From contig CAVOVB010000004.1 of the NCBI GenBank assembly GCA_963699755.1, forward strand, positions 1-64,000: a stretch of 64,000 bases of DNA. Direction: 5' to 3'. The notes beneath the pieces are model-generated. The model worked only from the letters and a program-made list of their open reading frames with translations, had not been told where the DNA came from and did not search any database. The number at the start of each line of letters is the position of its first letter. The stretch's first letter is position 1. Of the stretch, positions 52,366 to 62,475 are shown piece by piece. This stretch comes from an uncultured delta proteobacterium. GTDB taxonomy: Bacteria > Myxococcota_A > Polyangia > Polyangiales > Houyiibacteriaceae. Both the position numbers and the translations under genes were made by a program.

Positions 52366-52968
52366 TCACTCGGGGGCGATGCCGTTGCCGTTGAGGACGT
52401 ACTCCACGCGACAAGGCAGCGAGAGGAACGGGCCACCGAGAGCGGCCACCGCGGGCGTGCAGTCCGAGCCGGTGAGCGGGACGATTTCGGTGGTCTGCGA
52501 TCCGGTGATCGAAACCAGGGTCGGATCGATCTCGGCGTCGGCGCCAGCCCCGTCTCCGACCCCGCCGTCGCCTTCGACCCCAGCATCCTCGTCGATGGTG
52601 ATCTCGGGCGTCTCGACGTCGATGGTGAAGACGTCGCGCTGTGTCACCGAACAGCCGATATAGCCGCGGAAAGGGTCCGCCTCGACGACCATCCAGCTCT
52701 TGCTGGTTTGAAACGTATAAGAACTGTCATTTTCGATGCCAGCGAACATCGAGCCGCCCGATTGCTCCCAGTATGCGCGGCCGTTCGACTCACTCCGGAG
52801 ACTGAAGCTCAGGGTCAGGGAATCGGCAGCCGGAACTGCTGCACCGCAACTCTGTTCGACCATCAGGCCAACAGCCTGGAAGCTGCCCACGAGCTCCCCC
52901 GGCGGTTCTTCCTCCTGGCCCCAGCAAGCAGAGATCAGCACGAGCAAGGTGAGCGAAATCGAGCGCAT
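52366..52968 (-). CDS. Hypothetical lipoprotein
   Basis: ISA-C lipobox after a hydrophobic stretch. Confidence 0.72.
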   Translation of the reverse strand: MRSISLTLLVLISACWGQEEEPPGELVGSFQAVGLMVEQSCGAAVPAADSLTLSFSLRSESNGRAYWEQSGGSMFAGIENDSSYTFQTSKSWMVVEADPFRGYIGCSVTQRDVFTIDVETPEITIDEDAGVEGDGGVGDGAGADAEIDPTLVSITGSQTTEIVPLTGSDCTPAVAALGGPFLSLPCRVEYVLNGNGIAPE

Positions 52969-53016
52969 GGCTCAGAGTTACCGCCCACGGGCTCAGAGCG
53001 TCAAAGAAAGTGCCTG

Positions 53017-53838
53017 CTAGAAACGAATCTCGAAGCCGCAGTTGAACGTGACGCGAGTGCTGACCGGCCTGCCCTCTTTGTCGAGCGGTGGCTCCCACTT
53101 GGCGCCTTGCAGGGCTTGTTTGCACGCCTGCCCGAACTTGTAGCCGATCGGGTCTTCGGAGATGAGTGTGATCTTGCTCGGTAAGCCCGTCGGCCCGATC
53201 TGCAGTCGCACGACTGCCGCGCCCTCGACGCCTTCCTGTTTGGCCTTCTTGGGGTAGAGCCTTTCTAGCTTCTGCTTCAAACTAGGCGGAATTGGTTGCC
53301 TCGAGAGATCGCCCACGTCGACGACCACCCCGATGCCGGTGCCTCCGACGATTCCCCCGACGATCCCATCGCGGCTCCTGCCGGTGACGACCGCGTCCGG
53401 CTTTCCGATCGGTCCCTCGCGGCTCTCGCCTGAGCCAGGATCCATCGCCCACGAGGAGGGCTCGTCACCTTCGTTGGTGAGGACGATGTTGTCGAACGCG
53501 ACAGGTGTTTCCGGCGCTGCGGCGGGCGGCTCCTCCGGTGCCTTGGGAGGCTCCTTTGGCGCTCTCCAGGTCTTGGGCTTGGGCGGCGGCTTCACCGGCT
53601 CAGGCTCCGCCGGTTCCTCTGGCTCGGGGGTTTGCTCCTCGAGCGGCTCTTCAGGCTCGGGCTTGGCTGGTTCCTGATCGATGATCGCCACCGCGACGGG
53701 ATCGAGCGGTTCGTCAGCGCCGGGCCCCCGCTGAATGCCGGGTGTCAGGCCCAGAAATACGGCGTGCGTCGCGAATGCCAGTAGGACCCAAGCCGTGTCG
53801 AGCGCCCAGGGGGCGAGGTTCTCGAAAGGGTTGGCCAT
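53017..53838 (-). CDS. tonB: Energy transducer TonB
   Basis: N-terminal TM, EP/KP-rich linker, YPKKAKQEGVEG C-terminal domain. Confidence 0.88.
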   Translation of the reverse strand: MANPFENLAPWALDTAWVLLAFATHAVFLGLTPGIQRGPGADEPLDPVAVAIIDQEPAKPEPEEPLEEQTPEPEEPAEPEPVKPPPKPKTWRAPKEPPKAPEEPPAAAPETPVAFDNIVLTNEGDEPSSWAMDPGSGESREGPIGKPDAVVTGRSRDGIVGGIVGGTGIGVVVDVGDLSRQPIPPSLKQKLERLYPKKAKQEGVEGAAVVRLQIGPTGLPSKITLISEDPIGYKFGQACKQALQGAKWEPPLDKEGRPVSTRVTFNCGFEIRF

Positions 53839-53858
53839 CGGTTCGGCAGCAGCGCCGC

Positions 53859-54278
53859 TCAGCGTCCGATCTCCTCGGGGCGGACGTTGATCGCGAACTT
53901 GGTAACGCGCTCCTGGCGGAGGATGTCGATCACCTCAACGACCTTCGCATGCGCGATTCTGCCGTCTGCAGCGATCACCGCGCGCAGGTCTTCGTCGTTC
54001 TCACGCGCCGCACGAACCCGGGTTCGAAGCTCATCGGCGGTGACCGGGATCGTATCGAGGAAGAGCTGGCCCTTCTGATCGAGCGATACGGCGAGGGTCG
54101 CAGGTGCCTGCTCCCCCGTCGAGGCCTTCGGGAGCTCCATGGGAATCGTCTTCGAAACGATAGCCGTCGCAGTGACCATCAAGATGATCAGCAGAACGAG
54201 CACGACGTCGACCAGGGGGGTGACGTTGATGTCTGTGATCAGGTCATCGTCGTCGCCGGAGCGCGCGCCACCAGCCAT
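53859..54278 (-). CDS. exbD: ExbD/TolR family protein
   Basis: INVTPLVDVVLVLLIILMV, IAAD. Confidence 0.92.
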   Translation of the reverse strand: MAGGARSGDDDDLITDINVTPLVDVVLVLLIILMVTATAIVSKTIPMELPKASTGEQAPATLAVSLDQKGQLFLDTIPVTADELRTRVRAARENDEDLRAVIAADGRIAHAKVVEVIDILRQERVTKFAINVRPEEIGR

Positions 54279-54279
54279 C

Positions 54280-54924
54280 CTACTCGCTCCCCTTGCGGAC
54301 GTTTCCCTTGAGGTAGGCGAGCAGGTCGCGGCCGAGGGCATCGGCCCAGGTGAGGCGATACCGAATCAAGCGCTGAAAGTAGTTGTAAAAGGCAACCGCG
54401 GGAAGGGCGACGAGGAGGCCGATCGCAGTTGCGACGAGCGCTTCACCAACCTCGGTCATCAGACCACTGGTGACCTTGCCCGCGCTCTCGTCGAGGACGT
54501 GGAACGCCTTGATGACACCGATGACTGTTCCGAGGAGCCCCACGAACGGGGCGTTGTTGCCCACGGTGCCGAGGAAGCCGAGGTTGCGCTCCATTTGTGT
54601 GCGGGCGATCGCTGTCGCGCCGGCGAGTCGTTCTTCGACCGCGGCCGGGCCGTCGGCGACCACCTCGATGCCGGAGTGCACGATCCTGGCCTGAAACGAG
54701 CGCGACTGAGCGAGTCGGTCGCGCGCGCTGGTGACATCGTTCTTCGCCAGGTCGAGACGTAGATCCTCTTGAAGCGCTCGAACGTCATCGCGCGACGTGA
54801 AAAAATAGTAAATGCGCTCGAAAATGATCGCCACGCCGATGATGGAGAGGATAATCAGAAGCCACATGACCCAGGTCGCGCCAAGCATGGCGAAGGCGGT
54901 CAATCTCTCTTGAATGTCGATCAT
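54280..54924 (-). CDS. exbB: MotA/TolQ/ExbB proton channel protein
   Basis: APFVGLLGTVIGVI, EALVATAIGLLVALPA. Confidence 0.92.
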   Translation of the reverse strand: MIDIQERLTAFAMLGATWVMWLLIILSIIGVAIIFERIYYFFTSRDDVRALQEDLRLDLAKNDVTSARDRLAQSRSFQARIVHSGIEVVADGPAAVEERLAGATAIARTQMERNLGFLGTVGNNAPFVGLLGTVIGVIKAFHVLDESAGKVTSGLMTEVGEALVATAIGLLVALPAVAFYNYFQRLIRYRLTWADALGRDLLAYLKGNVRKGSE

Positions 54925-54950
54925 ACTTCTCCTAGGCTGGAAGCGCGCTT

Positions 54951-55988
54951 TTAGCCGGTCTTGGCGGGCTGTGCATCCCGCTTGAGAATCTCCCGAACCA
55001 GTATGGTCGCGTACGAGCCGGCAGGTAGGGTGAAATCGAGGTCGACCGTGTTGTCACTCACAGCCAGGTCTAGTTTTCGCACCGGGATGCGGACCAATCG
55101 GCGGGTCCCAGGCGCTACCCGCTTCCATTTGGCCAGCTGATCCAGGGTCAAGCCCGACTCGCGGAGCAGCGCCTCTTCGCGTTCGCGGGCCTCGCCCTCG
55201 GGCCAGCGCATCTTGGCGCCAAAGATCGGCCCGGTGGGGCTGACCTCCCAGGCGTCCGCTCGGGCCTGCGTCTCCCCGGCGTCAGGCGCGACGAACAAGC
55301 CTCCAGACTCGTGTTTCTTCATGAGGTCTCCCGGATAAACCTTTCCAAGCGTCGAGCTTTGCACGCGCTCTGCAACGCAGCGATTGAAGATTTGGGACTG
55401 GAGCGCGGACATCTGGAGCTTTCGTTGAAAACCGGCGCGGGGCGGGCGCCCATCTCCGACGACCCAGCGTCGGGCGCGCTCGGCATTATCGCCGTCACGG
55501 CCAAATCGCTGTTCGCCATAGTAGTTGGGAAGGCCGTGCTCTTCGATCTTCGACAACAGCTGGCGGAGGTCTTCTATTCTGGATGCGTCGATTTGCCGCA
55601 GGCGGATCCTGAACCGATTCGCTCGAAGGTGGCCTGTGCGCAGCTTCTGTGGATGAAGCGCCGCCTCGAGCACCCGGATGCCCTCGACCTCGGCTCGTTC
55701 GAGTGCCTCCCGGGAAGCGCCAAAGATGCTGATCCATTGCCGGGTGACCGCGTGCCGATCTTTGAGGCCCGCCCAGCCTGCCGCCTGGGGGTCCGCGCCC
55801 ACGCTCTCGCACAGGGAGCGAACCGCATCCTGGGTCGTCAAACCGCGCTTCTCGATGAACGCAAAGACGTGGTCGCCTGATCCGCTGGGCGGATAGGCCG
55901 GCACCTCTTCGACCTCGAAGTCTTCCGGGGTCGATCGAAACTCGGCATCGACAGGCGCGATCGAGCTGGTCAAATAGGGGAGCGGCAT
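54951..55988 (-). CDS. truD: tRNA pseudouridine(13) synthase
   Basis: DFEVEE, AGLKDRHAVTRQW, PNYYGEQRFG, FTLPAGSYAT. Confidence 0.95.
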   Translation of the reverse strand: MPLPYLTSSIAPVDAEFRSTPEDFEVEEVPAYPPSGSGDHVFAFIEKRGLTTQDAVRSLCESVGADPQAAGWAGLKDRHAVTRQWISIFGASREALERAEVEGIRVLEAALHPQKLRTGHLRANRFRIRLRQIDASRIEDLRQLLSKIEEHGLPNYYGEQRFGRDGDNAERARRWVVGDGRPPRAGFQRKLQMSALQSQIFNRCVAERVQSSTLGKVYPGDLMKKHESGGLFVAPDAGETQARADAWEVSPTGPIFGAKMRWPEGEAREREEALLRESGLTLDQLAKWKRVAPGTRRLVRIPVRKLDLAVSDNTVDLDFTLPAGSYATILVREILKRDAQPAKTG

Positions 55989-56039
55989 GGCAGGGCGCTT
56001 CCTGTAGACCATCGAGGCCCCATTGGGTAGACAACAGGC

Positions 56040-57143
56040 GTGAGCGCCCAGCCTTCGACGCGGATCGAGCGTGCATTGCGACAACAACTCGAGGCGGCAA
56101 TCGTGCGAGGGGTATTTCCGGGTGCGAGCGCCTCGGTTGCGATCTGGGAGGCCGGCGCCTGGACCTACATCGATGCCGCGGCTGGGCGCTGTGCCCCGGG
56201 GGGCAATCCGGTCACGGCGGACACCTTCTACGATCTGGCATCACTCACCAAGCCCTGGGTCGCAACGGCCGCGCTTCGTTTGCATCAGGCGGGCTCGTTC
56301 GATCTCGGCGCAGGTGTCCGGCGATGGATTCCCGAAGCGAAGGGAATGCCGGTCGGCGAGCGGACCTGGGAAGAGGTCTTGAGCCATCGCTCGGGGCTGG
56401 CGGCCTGGGTTCCTTTCTACGAGTCCCTCCCCGAGGAACCCGGCACCGATGCGACACGGGACTGGATTGTGGCGGAGCTTCTTCGCCATTGGGATACGAA
56501 CCGCGTGGGCACCGCGGTCTACAGTGACCTCGGGTACATCTTGGCGGGCATTGCGATGCAGCGCGCCACCGGCAAACCGTTGAGCCAGGTCGTTTCCGAG
56601 CGGGTGGCCCTGCCGCTCGGAGTCGACGAAACCGTCTTCTTCGGCGCAAGCCGACCGGACGAAGATTGGAAAGCGCGCTGCGCACCCACGGGCTGGTCCC
56701 CTTGGAGGGCGCGAATGCTGTGCGGCGAGGTACACGATGATAACTGCGCTGCCCTCGGTGGCGTAGCGGGCCATGCGGGAATGTTTGGCTTGTCGAGGAG
56801 TGTCGCCAGCTTCGGCGCCGCTTGCGTAGCCGCTTCTCACGGGAGGCGAGGCGCCTTGGAAGAAAATCTCATGCGGCATGCGACTGCGGCGAGGGCAGGA
56901 GGCACGCACCGACTCGGCTGGGATGGAAAGGCTCAGGCAGGAAGCGCCTGCGGCAACTTGATGGATGCCGATGCCTTTGGTCACCTGGGCTTCACCGGTA
57001 CCTCGCTATGGTGCGACCCGCGCCGGCAGCTGGTGGTGGTGCTTCTGAGCAATCGCGTCGCCGTGTCGGACGACAACAGCGCGATTCGGGCGTTTCGCCC
57101 TGTCTTTCACGACGCCGTCGTCAGCGCCTTCGACGGCTGCTAA
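56040..57143 (+). CDS. Serine hydrolase, beta-lactamase-like family
   Basis: DLASLTK (SxxK), YSD, GVAGHAGMF, GHLGFTGT. Confidence 0.9.
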   Translation: MSAQPSTRIERALRQQLEAAIVRGVFPGASASVAIWEAGAWTYIDAAAGRCAPGGNPVTADTFYDLASLTKPWVATAALRLHQAGSFDLGAGVRRWIPEAKGMPVGERTWEEVLSHRSGLAAWVPFYESLPEEPGTDATRDWIVAELLRHWDTNRVGTAVYSDLGYILAGIAMQRATGKPLSQVVSERVALPLGVDETVFFGASRPDEDWKARCAPTGWSPWRARMLCGEVHDDNCAALGGVAGHAGMFGLSRSVASFGAACVAASHGRRGALEENLMRHATAARAGGTHRLGWDGKAQAGSACGNLMDADAFGHLGFTGTSLWCDPRRQLVVVLLSNRVAVSDDNSAIRAFRPVFHDAVVSAFDGC

Positions 57144-59338
57144 CCGGCAAGCGAGCGAAGCCGATCGAGTAGCTTCGAGTTGGTCTCGTAGGAGAGGGCG
57201 TTCCGAGAGGCGCGAGCGATCGCCCTCGGGTCGCCCACCAGGACGACGAGTTTCTTTGCTCGCGTCAGCGCCGTGTAGAGCAGAGCGCGATTGAGCAACA
57301 TGAAGTGGGCGTTGTGCAATACGATGACCGCGGCCGGAAACTCGCTTCCCTGCACCTTGTGAACGGTGCAGGCGTAGGCAAGCGAAATCGCATCGAGCTC
57401 ATCGGCCTTGTACTGCACCTCGCGTCCATCAAAGCGCACGTAGGTCACGCCGCCATCGATCCGGCTCACCTCGCCGAGGTCGCCGTTGTAGACCTCCTTC
57501 TCGTAGTCGTTTCGAAGCTGCATCACCTTGTCGGCCGCGCGAAACGACGTTGGCAGGGTGGTCTGCTGCTTGCTCGGATTGAAGGCTTCTTGAAGGACTT
57601 CGTTGAGCCTAATCGTGCCGAGTGGGCCGCGTCGCATCGGGGTCATGACCTGTACGTCGGCGATTGGATCGAAGCCGTACGCAGTTGACATTCGGCGGAG
57701 CGCCTGCAGGAGCCGCTCGGTGATCGTGTCGGGGTCCGTGGCCGAAATCAGGAACAAGTCCCCTTCGCCCTTGGTGCCGCTCGGCGTGGGCTCCGGCATT
57801 CCACCTTCGAGCACAGCATGTGCACCCCGAACGATCGCGCTTTGCTGCGCCTGTCGGAACACCTCGTGCAGTCGAATCGTCTTGCAAACCCTAGAGGCGA
57901 TCAAATCGCGCAGGGGCTGCCCCGGACCGACCGGTGGCAGTTGATCGATGTCGCCAACCAGCACCAGGGTGGCGCTGCGAGGAATCGCGGACAGGAGCTG
58001 CGAAGCCAGCCGGATGTCGAGCATGGAGGCTTCGTCGACGAGAACCAGGTCGGCCTCGAGAGGCAAGCGCTGGTTGCGGCTGAAATGACCGGTCGCTGGA
58101 TTCCATTCGAGAAGGCGATGGATGGTCTTGGCCTCGACGCCGGCCGCCTCAGAGAGCCGTTTGGCTGCTCGTCCGGTGGGCGCGCAAAGAGCGACGCGTC
58201 GGTCGAGCGCCGCATGTGCCTGAACGATCGCGCGCACGGTCGTGGTCTTGCCGGTGCCCGGTCCGCCGGTCAGCACGAGCAAATGAGTGCCTAGTGAAGC
58301 ATCGACGGCGCTTCGTTGCGCATCGCTCAGCGTGCGGTCGTAGGTCTTCGCGGGTTGCTGCAGCATTGGCCGGCTGGCAAACGCGCTCAGGGCCTCAGCC
58401 ACCAGGACCTCGGCCCGGTGCAAGAGCGGCGGGTAAATTGCCTCATCATCGATGACGACGAGCTCGCGCGCCCGCAGCTCGCGCAGGGCTTCGTCGAGCT
58501 TCTCCGCTGGAACACCGAGTTGCTCGAGGCCATCGTGGAGCTGTTCCCGCGTTGCGAACACATGGCCTTCGTCAATCGCTTTGCCGACCAAGTGCAGGAC
58601 GCCTCCCTGGACGCGCCTCAAATCATCGCCTGCGATTCCGAGTGCTTCGGCAATGCGATCGGCGGTTCGGAAACCGATGCCGCGAATCTGCTCGGCGACG
58701 ATGTAGGGATCGTCTCGGACGATGCGAGGCGCATCGGCACCATACTTGCGAACGACTTCACGCGCCGTGGCCGGACCCATTCCGAGCGCATGAAGAAAAC
58801 TCATCGTCTCCGCTTCGACGCGGCGCTGCCGAACGGCATTGGCGATCGACTCGGCGCGCTGCGCACCGATGCCCGAAACCTCGCGGAGTCGGGCCGACTG
58901 GGTTGCGATGACGTCGAGCGTTTCGGGACCAAAACGCTCGACGAGGCGGGCGGCCAACGCGGGGCCAATGCCGGGAATCAGTCCGGAGCCGAGGTAGCGA
59001 ATCATCCCCTGCTCGGTGGAGGGGATCGTCGGCGTGAACGAGGTCACCCGAAATCTCGCCCCGTAGACCGCATGCTCGGTCCATCGGCCAATCATCCGAA
59101 CGTTCTCCCCAGGGGCGATCTGACCCAGGTCCCCGATGGCGGTCTGCGAAGGGGAGAGCTCTCCGCCCTCGTCGACCGCGAGACGAATTACAGCGAACTT
59201 TCCGTCATCACTGCGGAAAATGACATCCTCGACCACGCCTTCGAGGACCTGCTCTGACTCCTTCGACCCCACGATTCCCAAGGAATCTAACAGTCTTGTG
59301 CGCGAAGTGCCTTGCTCTTGTGCGTTCTGCGGAAACAT
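57140..59338 (-). CDS. recD2: ATP-dependent RecD2-like helicase
   Basis: HhH motifs GIG, GGPGTGKTT, VDEASM, GDIDQLPPV, HKVQGSEF, LYTALTRA; start uncertain. Confidence 0.94.
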   Translation of the reverse strand: MFPQNAQEQGTSRTRLLDSLGIVGSKESEQVLEGVVEDVIFRSDDGKFAVIRLAVDEGGELSPSQTAIGDLGQIAPGENVRMIGRWTEHAVYGARFRVTSFTPTIPSTEQGMIRYLGSGLIPGIGPALAARLVERFGPETLDVIATQSARLREVSGIGAQRAESIANAVRQRRVEAETMSFLHALGMGPATAREVVRKYGADAPRIVRDDPYIVAEQIRGIGFRTADRIAEALGIAGDDLRRVQGGVLHLVGKAIDEGHVFATREQLHDGLEQLGVPAEKLDEALRELRARELVVIDDEAIYPPLLHRAEVLVAEALSAFASRPMLQQPAKTYDRTLSDAQRSAVDASLGTHLLVLTGGPGTGKTTTVRAIVQAHAALDRRVALCAPTGRAAKRLSEAAGVEAKTIHRLLEWNPATGHFSRNQRLPLEADLVLVDEASMLDIRLASQLLSAIPRSATLVLVGDIDQLPPVGPGQPLRDLIASRVCKTIRLHEVFRQAQQSAIVRGAHAVLEGGMPEPTPSGTKGEGDLFLISATDPDTITERLLQALRRMSTAYGFDPIADVQVMTPMRRGPLGTIRLNEVLQEAFNPSKQQTTLPTSFRAADKVMQLRNDYEKEVYNGDLGEVSRIDGGVTYVRFDGREVQYKADELDAISLAYACTVHKVQGSEFPAAVIVLHNAHFMLLNRALLYTALTRAKKLVVLVGDPRAIARASRNALSYETNSKLLDRLRSLAG

Positions 59339-59642
59339 CCGCTAGCGTTAAAAGAGCACGGATTTGGATCGGAGGGGGATGAGCACCCAGCCACGGATGA
59401 GCGCACCAATCGGAAGACTGAAGATTCGGCAATCGGCCAGGAAGAGGGCGGCGTCCTCGATCGGCCGTGTCCAGGCTTCGGAGCCCCCCTGCGACGCAGA
59501 GGTGACCGAACAAGGCGGGGCCCGGCAGGACGGTCGCTTGCCGCATTACTACCCGTTCGCGCCGCGCCGCGTCGACGACTGCGACGACTGAGCCGAGCGC
59601 GACTTGATTGCGCAGCAAAGGAGCGATTGGTAAGAGCGCTCG

Positions 59643-61196
59643 ATGCCCCCGACTACGATCGCCATCCTTGGGGCCAAAGGGGGCGTTGGCACTTCCCTCT
59701 TCAGCGCGAACCTAGCGATCTACTTGGCGACGATCGGCAAGCGCGTGCTCGCGGTGGACGCGGACCCATCGGGGGCCGATCTGCATGCGATGCTGGGCAT
59801 TGGACCCCGGGTGGCACCATACGTCGCGCCGACGCCTGCCTTTGGGACCGACCGCACCTTGGCCAGCCTGGCGAGCGCCATCGACCACGATGCGGCCAAC
59901 ACACTCCCGCCTCGCGAGCCGGTCGATGGGCCCATCGAGAGCCTGCGCTTGATGGACGGGGGCTTGAGCGAACCGCATCGGGGCAGCGGACGCCGCAGCT
60001 CGCTCAGAGAGCTCCAAAAGCGCGTCGCCAAACAAGACGCGGATTTCGCGGTGGTCGACCTCGGTTCCGCGGCAACCGATGCGGCGATTCGCTTCTGGTG
60101 CGCCGCGAGCCATCGGCTGGCTTTGACGATGCCCGAGCCTAATGCGGTGAGCGGCCTGTATCGCCTCGTTCGAAAGGCATTCGCGGCGATCGCACTCGAG
60201 CGACTCTCCGACGAGAGACAGCAAGCCGCGCTGCACAGCGCGTTTGCGAGAGCTGGTCAGACGCCGGCCCCCTCGGACATCACGGCCCTGCTGCGGCGCG
60301 AGTGGCCGGAGCTTGGAGACGCCTTGCAGAACTGCATGGCCGAGCTCGAGTTCCCGTTCATCGTGAACGAGGCTCGGCTTCGTGCCGACCTGGAGCTCGG
60401 CGATCAAATCACGGTCGCGGTGCGCCGGCGCTATGGCGTTCAATTGAAATACCTCGGGTACGTAGAGCACGACGACGTGGTTCGAAGCTGTTCGCGAAAG
60501 CGACGGCCACTTTTGCTCGAGAGCCCCGGAAGCAGAGCGAGCCGCAACATCGAAAAGATCGCGCGGCGGCTTTTCGCATCGAAGGAAGCTCGCAGAGATC
60601 GGGCGCCCTGGCGCGAGGTTCCGCCGAGCTCGCATCATGATGTGCTCGAAGTAGAGCGCGGCGCGACCGACGAGGAGATTCGCCGCGCGTACAAGCGGAT
60701 GTGCGCGGTGTTCGATCCCGAGAACCTCGTTACCTTCGGCCTGTTCGACGAGGATGGGCTCGAGGCTGCGCGCAGCCGCATCGATGAGGCCTATGACGTG
60801 CTCCTCGACCCAGCACGGCGCCGTCCGTACGAGATTTCGGTTTTCCCTGAAGCTGCGGAAGCCAAGACCGAGGCGGAGCAGGAACAGGTGCCGAGCGGCG
60901 AGCTGCCTCCCGCACCGAGCATCACGCCGGACACGGAGTTCAGCGGTGCTCTGCTCCGCGCCGTTCGCGAATCACAGGGCACCAGCCTCCAACAGATCAG
61001 CGAGCGAACGAAGGTCGGCACCAACTATCTGCGTTGCATCGAGGAGGACGACTTCGCGAGCTTGCCGGCGGCAGTCTATGTGCGGGGCTTCGTGACCGAA
61101 TTTGCCAAATGTCTCAGGCTCGACCCTGAGCAAGTGAGTCAGAGCTATGTTCGGCGCTACAAGGTACGCATGGAAGGCTGGGAGGCGGACGTATGA
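59643..61196 (+). CDS. MinD/FlhG-like domain + J-like domain + XRE/RodZ-type HTH fusion
   Basis: GAKGGVGTS, VDAD; DVLEVERGATDEEIRRAY..EAYDVL.DP.RR..Y; LRAVRESQG.SL..I...TK...YL..IEE..VYVRGF. Confidence 0.85.
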   Translation: MPPTTIAILGAKGGVGTSLFSANLAIYLATIGKRVLAVDADPSGADLHAMLGIGPRVAPYVAPTPAFGTDRTLASLASAIDHDAANTLPPREPVDGPIESLRLMDGGLSEPHRGSGRRSSLRELQKRVAKQDADFAVVDLGSAATDAAIRFWCAASHRLALTMPEPNAVSGLYRLVRKAFAAIALERLSDERQQAALHSAFARAGQTPAPSDITALLRREWPELGDALQNCMAELEFPFIVNEARLRADLELGDQITVAVRRRYGVQLKYLGYVEHDDVVRSCSRKRRPLLLESPGSRASRNIEKIARRLFASKEARRDRAPWREVPPSSHHDVLEVERGATDEEIRRAYKRMCAVFDPENLVTFGLFDEDGLEAARSRIDEAYDVLLDPARRRPYEISVFPEAAEAKTEAEQEQVPSGELPPAPSITPDTEFSGALLRAVRESQGTSLQQISERTKVGTNYLRCIEEDDFASLPAAVYVRGFVTEFAKCLRLDPEQVSQSYVRRYKVRMEGWEADV

Positions 61197-61792
61197 GCGT
61201 TTCGCAAGCGCCGATCATCCTGGCTTCGGCGTCGCCACGGCGCCGTGAGATCTTGTCGTCCCTCGGGATTGCGTTTGAGGTGCAACCGAGCGGGGCCGAC
61301 GAGACCAGCTTGGCGATCGAGGATCACCTCGAGTTCGTGCGCGCTGCAGCGCTAGTCAAGTTGGAGAACGTCCTGTCGAGCAGTGATCGCCTGGGTGCTC
61401 ACGTTCTTTCGGCCGACACCGTCGTCTGCGTGGGTGACCTGCGACTGGGCAAGCCCGCCGATGAGGCCGATGCGCTGCGTATGCTAGAGCTTCTAGTCGG
61501 ACGGGCGCATCTGGTTCGAACCGCGGTCGCGCTCGGGCGAGTGGGAAAGGGTGCGCTCGATTGCCGGACCGTGGAGACCCGTGTCTGGTTCGGACCGGCC
61601 TCGCGCGGCCAGTTGGAGCGCTACGTTTCGGCTGGCGAGAGTCTCGACAAGGCCGGTGCGTACGCTGTTCAAGGCCTTGCAAGCGGTTTGGTGACGCGGC
61701 TCGAAGGGTCGTATACCAACGTGGTCGGTCTACCCGCTGCCGAAGTGGTCGCGCTGCTCCTCCAACACCATGCATTGGCTCAGTGGCCATGA
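61193..61792 (+). CDS. maf: Maf family nucleotide pyrophosphatase
   Basis: ILASASPRRREIL, SADTVV, LGKP, DKAGAY, NVVGLP. Confidence 0.93.
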   Translation: MSVSQAPIILASASPRRREILSSLGIAFEVQPSGADETSLAIEDHLEFVRAAALVKLENVLSSSDRLGAHVLSADTVVCVGDLRLGKPADEADALRMLELLVGRAHLVRTAVALGRVGKGALDCRTVETRVWFGPASRGQLERYVSAGESLDKAGAYAVQGLASGLVTRLEGSYTNVVGLPAAEVVALLLQHHALAQWP

Positions 61793-62475
61793 GTCATGAC
61801 GTCGCTGCAGCGATCGAACGTGTGCGTGAACGCATCGAGCTCGCCTGCCAGCGCGCGGGCCGAGATCCGAGCGCGGTCCTGCTGGTTGCGGTGTCGAAGG
61901 GGCACCCCGACGGGCTGATTCGGGCGGCATATGACGCGGGAATGCGCGTGTTTGGCGAGAACTACGCACAGGAGCTTGCCGCGAAGGCCTCTGCGCTGAG
62001 CGACTTGCCCGAGATCCGCTGGCGCTTCATCGGCCATCTTCAACGCAACAAGATCAAGCTCATCGAACGCGCTCGTGCCAGCATCGATACGGTGGATTCC
62101 CTCAGGTTGGCGGAGGCGATTTCTGCACGCGCGGCAATGAGGGGCACCACGGTCGAGCTCTTGCTCCAGGTCAACATCGGCGCCGAGGCACAGAAGTCGG
62201 GTTGCGCAGTCGAAGAGGTAGCCGGTCTCGCCGAATCCGTGCGCGCATTGCCGAACGTAATGCTTCGCGGGCTCATGGCTGTCGCCCCGCACTTCGATGA
62301 CGCCGAAGCCACGCGGCCCTTCTTTGCTGCACTCCGGGAGTTGGCGGAGGCGAACGACCTGCCGGAGCTATCCATGGGGATGACGCATGACCTCGATCAA
62401 GCGGTCGAGGAAGGTGCGACGATGCTGCGAATCGGCACGGCCATCTTTGGGCCACGTCTTCTGATGAAGCGCTAG
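61789..62475 (+). CDS. yggS: PLP homeostasis protein YggS
   Basis: LVAVSK, FGENYAQE, FIGHLQRNK, LSMGM, RIGTAIFG. Confidence 0.95.
   Translation: MSHDVAAAIERVRERIELACQRAGRDPSAVLLVAVSKGHPDGLIRAAYDAGMRVFGENYAQELAAKASALSDLPEIRWRFIGHLQRNKIKLIERARASIDTVDSLRLAEAISARAAMRGTTVELLLQVNIGAEAQKSGCAVEEVAGLAESVRALPNVMLRGLMAVAPHFDDAEATRPFFAALRELAEANDLPELSMGMTHDLDQAVEEGATMLRIGTAIFGPRLLMKR

Noticed and set aside
59364..59591. 75-aa ORF between recD2 and the MinD fusion
   Set aside because: No recognisable motif; it lies in a divergent promoter region and cannot be supported.
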